Below, one piece after another: positions 18,784 to 28,335 of a stretch of DNA of 60,626 bases. The notes beneath the pieces were generated by a model that worked only from the letters and a program-made list of their open reading frames with translations, ran no database searches and had not been told where the DNA came from. Source of the stretch: Candidatus Hermodarchaeota archaeon (GTDB lineage: Archaea; Asgardarchaeota; Lokiarchaeia; Sigyniarchaeales; SOKP01); NCBI GenBank assembly GCA_048885705.1, contig JBHLLJ010000004.1:1-60626 (forward strand). The letters are read 5' to 3'. Every line of letters starts with the position of its first letter. Position 1 is the first letter of the stretch. The position numbers and the translations under genes are program-made.

Positions 18784-19065
18784 TTATACTTCTTGTAATT
18801 CGAGCCTTTTTACTCGATAAGATTTAGCATACTGTTTTTTGCCACATTCAGTACATTCTAACATTGGAGTTGTTCTCTTATTAATTTTGGCATTTTTATG
18901 AAAGATTTCCTTAGGAAAAGAGCCATAACCTCGCTTTTTTCTTTCTAATCTTCTCCTTCCATGATTTAGCATTCTCTCCTTACCTTTCTTATAAATATTT
19001 ACGTTATGAACTTGATGTGAATGGCAGGTAGAACAATATCGCCTTACTGTTCGAGGATACTTCAA
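18784..19065 (-). CDS. rpl44e: 50S ribosomal protein L44e
   Basis: MK.P...RRYC..C..H..H, GRRR..RK.RGYG, LEC.ECGK. TTG start after AGGTGG. Confidence 0.96.
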   Translation of the reverse strand: MKYPRTVRRYCSTCHSHQVHNVNIYKKGKERMLNHGRRRLERKKRGYGSFPKEIFHKNAKINKRTTPMLECTECGKKQYAKSYRVKRLELQEV

Positions 19066-19226
19066 ATTAACAGACCACCTATATCTAATTACCTTTAATA
19101 ATTAATTATAAATTTTAAATTTTATTAGTTCTGGCAAGGTCTTTTTAAATCCCATCATTTTTAATAAAAAACAATTTAAATCTTATTTACATAATGTTAA
19201 TAAAAACATATTTTTTGAGAAGATAA

Positions 19227-20144
19227 ATGTTTAAAGAGAAATTTAGCGAAGGAATTATAAGTGCAAAGCAATTTGATAGAGAAGATATTGAATATATATT
19301 AAAAAAAGCTAAAGAAATGCTCAAAATCAAGAATTCAAATCTTCTTCATGGTAGGATATTAGCAACATTATTTTTTGAGCCTTCTACTCGTACTCGTCTT
19401 AGTTTTGAATCTGCAATGTACAGATTAGGTGGAAGCGTAATTGGATTTCATTCTGGAGATGTTTCTTCAATAAAGAAAGGTGAAAGTATTGCTGATACAA
19501 TAAGAACTGTTGAAAATTATAGTGATTGTATAGTTATACGCCATTCTCTTGAAGGTGCTGCTCGAATGGCATCAAAATTTTCCAAGGTTCCTATAATTAA
19601 TGCAGGTTCGGGAAGTGGTGAACATCCCACTCAAGCATTATTAGATTTATTAACAATTACTGAAGAAATTGGTTCATTAGATGGTTTGAATGTAGGTTTA
19701 ATGGGAGATCTTAAGTATGGAAGGACAGTTCATTCGCTATCAATTCTGTTATCAAATTTCGATGTAAATATTTATTTTATAAGCCCTAAGGAATTGAGAA
19801 TGAGGAATCGTGATAAAGATTTCCTACAACAACGACAAGCTAAGTATAAAGAAATTACAGATTATAGGAAAATACTAAACATTTTAGATGTTCTTTACAT
19901 GACTCGTATCCAAAAAGAAAGATTTGTTGATTTGGAAGAATATGAAAGAATTAAAGGGTTTTATATATTTGAAAAAGAAGATCTCAACAATACTAAAGAT
20001 ACTTTTAGATTATTACATCCGCTCCCTAGAATTACTGAAATTTCTTCTGACGTCGATAGCTCGGAAAAAGCACTTTACTTCAAACAAACTTATTATGGAA
20101 TCCCCATGAGAAAAGCTCTCTTAGCTGAATTGATGGCAGAATAA
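19227..20144 (+). CDS. pyrB: Aspartate carbamoyltransferase catalytic subunit
   Basis: FFEPSTRTRLSFE, HPTQALLD, GDLKYGRTVHS, TRIQKER, HPLPR. Confidence 0.97.
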   Translation: MFKEKFSEGIISAKQFDREDIEYILKKAKEMLKIKNSNLLHGRILATLFFEPSTRTRLSFESAMYRLGGSVIGFHSGDVSSIKKGESIADTIRTVENYSDCIVIRHSLEGAARMASKFSKVPIINAGSGSGEHPTQALLDLLTITEEIGSLDGLNVGLMGDLKYGRTVHSLSILLSNFDVNIYFISPKELRMRNRDKDFLQQRQAKYKEITDYRKILNILDVLYMTRIQKERFVDLEEYERIKGFYIFEKEDLNNTKDTFRLLHPLPRITEISSDVDSSEKALYFKQTYYGIPMRKALLAELMAE

Positions 20145-20182
20145 TTTTAATAAGATTATCTTTATTTTCAAGTTATTTCTTA

Positions 20183-22144
20183 TTACGCACGGTCTCTTAA
20201 ACAAATAGCACCTATTTTGGATTCAATTAAGGTTTTTAGTAACTTTTCTAATTCAATATCTACATCATTAATCTTCATTGAAAATAAAGAGCCTTTGCCA
20301 ATAATTCTTTCAAATTTCTTAAATAGCTTGATTCTTCTATTGATTGAAAGATTTGATTCATGTCTTATTAAACTTGATGAGTATTCAGTTATATTTTGAT
20401 CGAATTCTGTTATGCCGTTATTCCAACAGCCTTGTAAGTAAGAGTCATAATGAGGTTGACTTAAAACAAAATTATTTCCATTTACATCGTTTTTTTCATC
20501 AATAATCTTTTTCATTAAACCAATTATTTTTAGAGCAAAAGATTCGCTATTTTCTGTTTTATCAAGTTCAATTCCACAATGATTTAGCACAGCTTCATTA
20601 AGGCCAAAAAAACTAATGGATTTTAAGGCATTTTTGAAGATATCTCTTTCATCATCTTTAAAAACGTTTGATATAATGGAATTCCATTGTTTTAGTGAAC
20701 CTAATTTCTTTTTTACTAATTTCTCTTTATAATCGAATAATTCAAAAACATAATTTAATTTTTGATATAATATTTCTAGGAATTTTTCGTCATTTTGCTT
20801 TGCATCAACTGATATGATGGGTAAATTGACTAAGATCTTATCGAGTATTAATTGGTTTGACTCAGAACTAGGTATTTGAACAATAGTTGAATTAAATAAA
20901 TTGGAATATGTTTTGTTATATAGAATTATGTTATCTCTTAAATTATTAACAATTAAATTATTTGTACTCTTATAATTTGACTCTGAAGAGAATATCGTTG
21001 AATATTCAAACAATAATAAAGGTTTAATAAATTCTCCACATTTTTTATTTAATGAATTAAGAAAAAATTCATCAATTTGACAATTATTCAATTGAGTCCC
21101 ATTAAAATTGAACTCAAGAGTTAGAGAACTTCTTGTTTTATTAAAAAGATTATTGAATCTAAGGATTTGAGAAACCAGTAAAGAAAGATCAGATAATGTT
21201 GTTTTTGGTTTTGAAAATGAAGAAAGGAATTCATTGTTAAAATTTCCTAAGACTAAGTCCTCAGAATAATAAGGTTTAAGAGAATACAAAAGATCTAGGA
21301 GTTGAATAACCATTTCTGAATGATTTATTTCATTGTTTATTTTATTTTTAGAGGTTTTGAAAAGATAATCTATCAGTGTTTTTGTATTGATATAGAGGCT
21401 TAAAGGCCTTAAAGCCCAGTAATTTAAATGCAAGAGAGCGATTTCGCCTGATAAATATAGATCCGCTAAATTTTTAGGAATAAGATTTAAAAGCAAAAAT
21501 TGCTCAGAAACATCAGAACCTAATTTTTCAATGAAAATTTCAGGATTTATTAGGTCATTGTTGGATTCAAATAATTTAGATACTTCAACGGGAGGGGTTC
21601 CTAATCGAGTTAATTTATGCCTTACTTCCTCTAAACCATTTTCTAATAAAACCGCATTAATATATTCCCGCATTAAAGGAGCTGTCATGTATTCTATATT
21701 AGTCTTAGAAAGACGTTCCTCTACTTCACGAGCAATTTTTCTAGCTAAAAATCGTTCTAATTCACCTTCAGAAATTAAATAATCCTCGATTTTACTTGCA
21801 TCAAAAAGTTCCTTTGAATATTTAGAAGTCCGAATCATTCTTGTTTTATTTTGTTGGTTTAAAATTTCTTCAATAGAAAAGATTTTGTCTATAATCTGTT
21901 CACCTAAAAATGTAATTGAATAACCCTCATTGGAAGAATCTACTAATTCACTTTTTTTCAATGTTTTTAAGTGAAAAGATAAATTAACAGAGGATATATC
22001 ATTTCCTAAAACTTCTTTTTGCAACCTTGAGAAGGGTAATGGAATTTGACTATTTTTTAATTTTTTTAGAATATCAATTCTAATCTTCTGCCCTAGTGTT
22101 TTAAGTTGCTTTTCTAAAATGTTAGGGTTTTTGTCGGTATCCAA
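20183..22144 (-). CDS. ArsR-type winged HTH + ATP-cone + degenerate class III ribonucleotide reductase (NrdD)-like fusion
   Basis: RIDILK.L...FS.L...NLSFHLK.L (HTH); IRTS....FD..KI...L..E...A..IA.EVE...TAPLMRE (ATP cone); RLG.P, LIP..LAD.YLSGEI and SISFFGLNEAV (NrdD-like). No glycyl-radical motif. Confidence 0.8.
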   Translation of the reverse strand: MDTDKNPNILEKQLKTLGQKIRIDILKKLKNSQIPLPFSRLQKEVLGNDISSVNLSFHLKTLKKSELVDSSNEGYSITFLGEQIIDKIFSIEEILNQQNKTRMIRTSKYSKELFDASKIEDYLISEGELERFLARKIAREVEERLSKTNIEYMTAPLMREYINAVLLENGLEEVRHKLTRLGTPPVEVSKLFESNNDLINPEIFIEKLGSDVSEQFLLLNLIPKNLADLYLSGEIALLHLNYWALRPLSLYINTKTLIDYLFKTSKNKINNEINHSEMVIQLLDLLYSLKPYYSEDLVLGNFNNEFLSSFSKPKTTLSDLSLLVSQILRFNNLFNKTRSSLTLEFNFNGTQLNNCQIDEFFLNSLNKKCGEFIKPLLLFEYSTIFSSESNYKSTNNLIVNNLRDNIILYNKTYSNLFNSTIVQIPSSESNQLILDKILVNLPIISVDAKQNDEKFLEILYQKLNYVFELFDYKEKLVKKKLGSLKQWNSIISNVFKDDERDIFKNALKSISFFGLNEAVLNHCGIELDKTENSESFALKIIGLMKKIIDEKNDVNGNNFVLSQPHYDSYLQGCWNNGITEFDQNITEYSSSLIRHESNLSINRRIKLFKKFERIIGKGSLFSMKINDVDIELEKLLKTLIESKIGAICLRDRA

Positions 22145-22469
22145 TTTATTTATTAACCCTGTTCTGATTCTTTAATTATACTTAACTAAATAATATGATA
22201 TTCAAATATATAAAAATATAGAAATTTTCTGATGTATCAATGAATAGGGGTAATATGTGGGTGATATTAACTCAAATTTTAATAGATGTAATCGCTTCCT
22301 AGAACTTCTTCTATTTATTAGAGATTTTAGTTCTAAATTTTATCATTTATTACAAATATTATTTCAATTTTAAAAATTGGACTCCTTTTCTGTTAAATCT
22401 AATTATTCAGTATAAAAGATTATAAAATAAATCACGAAAAAACTATATGAAAAAATGTGAAAAACGACA

Positions 22470-23984
22470 ATGACAAATAGAAATCAAACGACTAAATTAA
22501 TCACAATTGAGAGAGAAGAAGAAGTTGTAGCGAGTGGCAGAGAAAATTTTTTCCAAATAGATATCTTGAAAGCAGCGATGATCTTTTTAGTAATTTTTGA
22601 CCATATAGTTTCTTGGAATATCAAATCTTATATTGGTGTTTCTCTTTGGGAACGAATATCAATTCCTGTATTTTTAGTGATAATGGGTTTTAATATGGGT
22701 CGCTCATTTCAAAGACAAGAAGTACAAACTCTAAAGGAATTGTATTCATGGAGTTATTTCAAAAATAAAATCATTCGATATATATTACCATTTTTGACGT
22801 TATATATTGCCTCGACATTTATTGGATTGTTTATGTATGGATTTGACTTAACTGCAATGTGGTGGGGTCAATATTATCCAGAACATGGTTTTATGCAGCT
22901 CTTTATTGGTTACTTACTATTTTGGGGTCCAGGAAACTGGTTTCTGCCAGTTCTTTTCCAATCTATATTAATAATGCCTTTACTTTACTTTTTATTCAAA
23001 AAGAAACCAATTTTTGCCTTAGTATTATGTTTTGTGGTTGAGATAGCGTTTCAATTAGGCATATTCTTCTTTATCGGTGATATTACATCATGGGAAGAAG
23101 TTCATATCTTAAACCTTATTATGAACTCAGTTTTATTCTACCTTCCTGGTATTGCTTTAGGCTTGTGGTTCTCATTTGGATATAATCTCAATGAAGATCG
23201 AAATTTCTTCGTTTGGCTTTTATATCCAATAAGTTTAGCATTCATAGTTGCACACCAATTTTTCTCTTATAGAATCAGAATCGATGGTATTCCGTTACTC
23301 AGGGGAGATTATCATTTCTTAATAATTCCTTATTCAGCGTTTCTATTTCTGCTTGCGATGAAATTTCTCCCTCAAAAATCAGATTGGCGAATTTCACGAG
23401 GAATTTCTCTTATTAGTAGATCAACTTATCATATTTTACTTACGCAAATTTTAGGGTACGGAATGATAACAGCTTTTTGGGGTACTCATTATGTTATTGA
23501 TACGTTAGTAACCTTACCTTTAGATTTGAATGAAATATTTTTATTGATAGAATATGCCCTAAATTTGATTGTTTTAGGTGTCTTATTTGTTTCATTTGGA
23601 ATCCTTTGGTATAAAATAGACCAAAATAAGAATATACTAAGACGAATACTCTATTATTTCAACTTTTTTATAGTCTTCTCTTCATTATTTTTTCTATCAT
23701 TCTGGGCACAAACACCTAGTATACCAATACCTATTCCCCTTATAATTATTATTGCTTATGCTATTGCTGCTTTAATCACTTATGTCATAATAAGAAGACC
23801 ACTTAAAACAAAAGTCTTAGGTTTTTGGACGCTATTTTTAGCAATAACATTCACGATGATGGTATTGGAAATATCACTTATCCCCGCTAATTTTTACTGG
23901 TTCTCTTGGATTCCTATTAGTATATCCCTAGCTGGTGCTGTTATTATCACCGTATTAGATTATATCTCAAAAAAAATAAATTAA
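22470..23984 (+). CDS. Membrane-bound acyltransferase 3 family protein with extra C-terminal TM helices
   Basis: IDILKA..IFLVI.DH, P.F..IMGF, WFL..L.Q and S.STY.I.L.Q motifs. Confidence 0.8.
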   Translation: MTNRNQTTKLITIEREEEVVASGRENFFQIDILKAAMIFLVIFDHIVSWNIKSYIGVSLWERISIPVFLVIMGFNMGRSFQRQEVQTLKELYSWSYFKNKIIRYILPFLTLYIASTFIGLFMYGFDLTAMWWGQYYPEHGFMQLFIGYLLFWGPGNWFLPVLFQSILIMPLLYFLFKKKPIFALVLCFVVEIAFQLGIFFFIGDITSWEEVHILNLIMNSVLFYLPGIALGLWFSFGYNLNEDRNFFVWLLYPISLAFIVAHQFFSYRIRIDGIPLLRGDYHFLIIPYSAFLFLLAMKFLPQKSDWRISRGISLISRSTYHILLTQILGYGMITAFWGTHYVIDTLVTLPLDLNEIFLLIEYALNLIVLGVLFVSFGILWYKIDQNKNILRRILYYFNFFIVFSSLFFLSFWAQTPSIPIPIPLIIIIAYAIAALITYVIIRRPLKTKVLGFWTLFLAITFTMMVLEISLIPANFYWFSWIPISISLAGAVIITVLDYISKKIN

Positions 23985-24095
23985 ATTATTCTTTTTTTTT
24001 ATATTTAAAAACTGGACTACTAATAATTTTAATAAGTTTTTACTATATTCTTAAATATCAGATATTGTAAATTTCTTTATCCGAAGTGCTTTTTT

Positions 24096-24770
24096 ATGAG
24101 TTTAAATGACATTAAAAAAAAATTAAACATTGGAACAATAGGATTATGGGTAATCTTCTCCATTGTTACTATTGTAATGGTGGCATTAGTAATAGGGGAT
24201 GTTTTCAGACCTAACGATTATTGGATCCCTATTATTCCTATTGGTGTTCTTCTTATTTTGGCAATTATGGCTACTTTAGTGGATTTTAGGAGTGAACGGA
24301 AAATTAAAGTAGGAATTATTGGAGCATGGACAATATTTCTAATAACTGTAGTCGTGTTTGCTGCTCTTATTTATGGTCAAGTTTTTACACCTGAGGAATA
24401 TTGGATTCCTGCAATTCCTATTGGTACATTATTTGTACTAGCACTTGTTCCTACTATATTAGAATATATTTCAGGAGAAATTAGGTACTGTCATAAATGT
24501 GGAAAAAGATTTGAAAAAAAATGGGAGTTTTGTCAAAATTGTGGAGCAAGAGTGCTTACAGGCTGTCCAACTTGCGGTACGAAAGTAAGAGGAAATCCCA
24601 AATTCTGTTATAAATGTGGAACAAATTTGAGTGAAGCAAAAATTGCCCAGATTTATCGACCCCCTGTAAAACCTAAAATTAGAAATCAAGCTAACTTCTG
24701 TCATGAATGTGGTAGTCTTGCAAATCCAGAAGCAAAATTCTGTGGTTATTGTGGAGCTGCCCACAAATAA
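24096..24770 (+). CDS. Membrane protein with duplicated two-TM unit and C-terminal zinc ribbons
   Basis: Two repeats G.IG.W.IF...G.VF.P..YWIP.IPIG.L..LA...T, then six CxxCG motifs. Confidence 0.8.
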   Translation: MSLNDIKKKLNIGTIGLWVIFSIVTIVMVALVIGDVFRPNDYWIPIIPIGVLLILAIMATLVDFRSERKIKVGIIGAWTIFLITVVVFAALIYGQVFTPEEYWIPAIPIGTLFVLALVPTILEYISGEIRYCHKCGKRFEKKWEFCQNCGARVLTGCPTCGTKVRGNPKFCYKCGTNLSEAKIAQIYRPPVKPKIRNQANFCHECGSLANPEAKFCGYCGAAHK

Positions 24771-24834
24771 TTTTTTTATTTTTTATTTTTTAAATTTCAA
24801 AAGTTCATATTAAAATTAGTAATTGAAAATGATT

Positions 24835-25452
24835 CTATCTTGCAGACACTGCTATTCTCTCTATTTCATCTTTACGCTTCACAGCTCTAGATTCTTGATT
24901 GTTGTTCGCAGCTAGTATTAGTTCTTGTGCTAGATTTTCTTCAAACTGTTTGACATTACCATGAGATCTAGCACCAATTGCTTGAACAAGATATTTGATC
25001 GCAAGGTCAATTCGACGCTGGGGCGCAATATCTACCGCTGACGCATAGCTAATCCCGCCCATAGCGATTTTCGTCGTTTCTTCTCTAGGTGCGGTATTAA
25101 TTATTGCATCTACTAAGACTTGAATAGGATTTTGACCAGTGATCAATTCGATTAAGGTGAATGCATTCTCAAGACTTCTTAGTAATTTAAATTTTTTGCC
25201 AGAATTATAAGAACTTTTATGACCTTTAATTTTACCGCTGATAAAACCAGGAGAGAGCAATCGATTATTGAATCGTTCAATTATAGAGACTTTAGAGGAC
25301 TTCCAAAATCTTTTATGTTCATGTTTTCCAGCTGAATGTGGTACAATAATAGGTCTTAAATTAATATAATTTTCAAGAGTTATATCATCAACTTTGATGT
25401 CTGCAAAAGACCATTTATTAAATAATTTTATATCTTTCTTTACTTTACTCAT
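24835..25452 (-). CDS. rps7: 30S ribosomal protein S7
   Basis: KLF.KW, PHSAG.H, NPIQVLV.AI.N.APREE, VDIAP.RR.D, E.ERIA.SAR. Confidence 0.97.
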   Translation of the reverse strand: MSKVKKDIKLFNKWSFADIKVDDITLENYINLRPIIVPHSAGKHEHKRFWKSSKVSIIERFNNRLLSPGFISGKIKGHKSSYNSGKKFKLLRSLENAFTLIELITGQNPIQVLVDAIINTAPREETTKIAMGGISYASAVDIAPQRRIDLAIKYLVQAIGARSHGNVKQFEENLAQELILAANNNQESRAVKRKDEIERIAVSAR

Positions 25453-25465
25453 ACTTCAAAACCTC

Positions 25466-25900
25466 TTAACGGAGTGGTTTTTCTTTCTTTCCAGTTAAAA
25501 GAGCATCAAGACTTACACCGTTTACTTTAACAACCTTGTAACGCACTCCTGGAAGATCCCCAATACTTCTTCCTTTTGCTCCTCCAATTCCTTCAACAAT
25601 TACTCTATCGTGCTCTTCTATGAAATTAAGCGCACCATCCCCTGGAAGGAAGGCTGTTACACCTTTTCCATTCTTTTTTAATTGAACCCGAACACATTTT
25701 CTAATTGCTGAGTTAGGTTGCTTACTTTCACGACCAACTTTCTGAAGAACTATACCAAGAGCTTGACATGAGCCTTCCAATGGATCTACCTTCTTTTTTA
25801 ACTGAAGTTTTCTCCTTTTATATTTTGTTTTTGACCATCGAAATTTTTTTCGATTAATTTGAAGTTTTCGAGCAGCATAGAGTCCTTTTGGGTTACCTAT
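25466..25900 (-). CDS. rps12: 30S ribosomal protein S12 (start ATA at 25900 or GTG at 25909)
   Basis: [41 protein letters not shown]. The start position is inferred. Confidence 0.96.
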   Translation of the reverse strand: MGNPKGLYAARKLQINRKKFRWSKTKYKRRKLQLKKKVDPLEGSCQALGIVLQKVGRESKQPNSAIRKCVRVQLKKNGKGVTAFLPGDGALNFIEEHDRVIVEGIGGAKGRSIGDLPGVRYKVVKVNGVSLDALLTGKKEKPLR

Positions 25901-26028
25901 CTTTAACACCTTTATTTGATAGAATATTAGTAGAGGAAAAAATGATTCCTTAAACTTAAAATTTATGGATATGAATTAGGTTCTTGTCAATTTTAATTTG
26001 GATTCATTAACAAAATAAGGTGAGTAAC

Positions 26029-27285
26029 TTATTCAACTCTCAAATCTAGAGTTTTTGTAGCATTATAACAAATATCAATGCATCCATTTAGATTTTCATT
26101 AGAGCATAAATCAAGTGTATCCTTCCTAGAATGTATATATTTTGTATCTTTTTTTGATAGAAAGCAAGTTACTTGAAAACCCTTCTTTTCTTTTTTTTGC
26201 GTAAATGCACGAAATACTAAATGATCACTCCCAGATCCGAAAGATAACTTAGATTTCTCAGAGGGGATTAAATTTTGTTTATCAGATGCTTTCAAGACAT
26301 CATTTAGATTTTTATTTATTTTTTTCTTTTTAATCAGACCAGTTTCATCAACTAATCCTATATAAGTGCCCACCATATCAATGTTAATGTTATATGATTT
26401 ATTTAGATCATAATCACGATCAAATTCTTCAAAATGTTTAGAAACATATTGTTTTGAACCCCATAATCCCATTTCCTCTGCTCCACACCATAAAAAGATG
26501 ACATCGATTTTTTCAAGAGGATTATTTTTGATTAATTTTGCCAATTCTAACAGAATTGCTACACCTGAGGCATTATCAACCGAACCGACCGATTCATTGC
26601 TAGTTTTCATAAAAAAAGTTAAAAATATTTCAGTCAGGAGTATTCCACCAATAGTTAAAGAGATAGTTCTTATCATTAAATATATAACTTCAATTTGGAG
26701 TGTAGTGAATAAAACTATTATCGACCAAATTGAAAGGACTAAATTTAATAATATATAAGAGAGAAGTAAGAATACTGCTGAAAGAAGTAAGACTTTAGTT
26801 ATTTTGGACGGAAAATTATGAGAAATTGAATCATAATGGGCTGAAAAGAATATTACAGGTCTTTTCGGATAAAGATCTTTTGCTCGAATCGTTGCTATGA
26901 TATTACGAGATTCTTTCCTCTTTCCGATAAATACCTTTTTGGAATAGTCAAAGATATTTTTAACACCTAAAATTAAAACCAGAAAAAAAATACCATCAAG
27001 AGGGATGATTAGCCATGTTAAATTAGGATATAACAATAATATTTCATTAGCTAATATAAAAGCAAAAATCCATAAGAAGATCAATTTTTGCATTTTTCTT
27101 AAACTCTTAGACCATTCAAAAGATTCTACATTACTTTCAATGTTTTTTTTGTCCAATTCTCGTCGAATATAATTTAGTGCTTTTGTTTCTCCTTCGGTTG
27201 CAGCGTTCCGTGTAAATGCTAAGGATTTAACATGATTTATAGCAGCCTCTTCATCATATAAATTTAATTTTGAAATGTTGATCAC
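26029..27285 (-). CDS. Membrane-embedded M28 family metallopeptidase
   Basis: SAHYDS, DNASGV, GAEEMGLWGS, IN.DMVG, SDH and IHS..D motifs, interrupted by TM hairpins. Confidence 0.88.
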   Translation of the reverse strand: MINISKLNLYDEEAAINHVKSLAFTRNAATEGETKALNYIRRELDKKNIESNVESFEWSKSLRKMQKLIFLWIFAFILANEILLLYPNLTWLIIPLDGIFFLVLILGVKNIFDYSKKVFIGKRKESRNIIATIRAKDLYPKRPVIFFSAHYDSISHNFPSKITKVLLLSAVFLLLSYILLNLVLSIWSIIVLFTTLQIEVIYLMIRTISLTIGGILLTEIFLTFFMKTSNESVGSVDNASGVAILLELAKLIKNNPLEKIDVIFLWCGAEEMGLWGSKQYVSKHFEEFDRDYDLNKSYNINIDMVGTYIGLVDETGLIKKKKINKNLNDVLKASDKQNLIPSEKSKLSFGSGSDHLVFRAFTQKKEKKGFQVTCFLSKKDTKYIHSRKDTLDLCSNENLNGCIDICYNATKTLDLRVE

Positions 27286-27350
27286 TAAAAATGGTAACTT
27301 TGTTATTAAGTTAAGAGTAATTATTAAATCTAATTTTTAGGTAATAGGAT

Positions 27351-27827
27351 TTATACATTTTTCGTGTTAATAATTACATTATCAACTTCAAAATATCTTA
27401 ATACTAATTCTTTGATTTTTCTTATCATAGAACCATCTTTACCAATAGCTTTTCCACGATCTTGAGGCCTTACTGTTATAACAACAGTCTTTTTTTGGTT
27501 TCTATTTTCTTTTATTTCAATGTTTTGAACTATTATTGTATTTTTTGTTGTTTGTAAGATATTTTGAATAAATTTGCTTAGATTCTCGGAGAAAGCAATT
27601 ACGTCAATTTTTTTTTGGAGTTTTGATTTTAGGTCTTTAACATGTTCTCCTGATTTGCCTATTGCTTTTCCAACATCTTCTTCTTTTACCAAAAATATAA
27701 TAATTTCAGAGCCATTCTCAGGTGATTTGAAAATAAAACAATCTTTAATAATGGCACCAGAAATGTTATTGAAAAGAGAGATAAGTTCCATTGCTTCCCG
27801 GTCAATTTTGATATTTTTTTTTAACAT
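27351..27827 (-). CDS. nusA: Transcription factor NusA (archaeal, two KH domains)
   Basis: Two G.AIGK.G KH motifs; downstream of rpl30e. Confidence 0.95.
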   Translation of the reverse strand: MLKKNIKIDREAMELISLFNNISGAIIKDCFIFKSPENGSEIIIFLVKEEDVGKAIGKSGEHVKDLKSKLQKKIDVIAFSENLSKFIQNILQTTKNTIIVQNIEIKENRNQKKTVVITVRPQDRGKAIGKDGSMIRKIKELVLRYFEVDNVIINTKNV

Positions 27828-27859
27828 AGAAAAACCTAGTTAATTTATTATTAATAAGA

Positions 27860-28234
27860 TCATTTAGTTTTTAAAGAAATTAAATCTGAATCTCCAAAAT
27901 CAAGTATCCCTATAATAGAAATCATATAAGGTTTAGCGCAAGCTAAACCTAAATCCCAACTTGAACCTTTGTATTTATAAATGAAAATTTTATCTTTTAA
28001 ATGACTATTGTAATTATCAAGCTCATTAATTAATTCTGTAGGGCAATTATTGCTTATAATTAACATCTTATATGGATTTTCTTTTTGTAAGCGTTTAAGA
28101 ACTTGGCTTTTTCCATAAATAATTTTACCAGTTTTATAAGCTACTTTGATATTGGTGTCTACATCAAATTCCTTTGTTTTTTTCCTACTTAGATCAACTT
28201 TCTCTTCGGATGTTTTAGTTTTTCTTTTTACCAT
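27860..28234 (-). CDS. rpl30e: 50S ribosomal protein L30e
   Basis: KTGK...G, NNCP, Y.GSS.DLG.AC.KPY, D.GDSD; basic N-terminal extension. Confidence 0.94.
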   Translation of the reverse strand: MVKRKTKTSEEKVDLSRKKTKEFDVDTNIKVAYKTGKIIYGKSQVLKRLQKENPYKMLIISNNCPTELINELDNYNSHLKDKIFIYKYKGSSWDLGLACAKPYMISIIGILDFGDSDLISLKTK

Positions 28235-28335
28235 AGTATTTTCAAACAGTTTCTATATAATAAGTATTAAGAATGATACTTTTTTAATTTTTTTTTGCTT
28301 GGTTAAGTTGTTTTATCTGAATTCAATGTTTGTGT

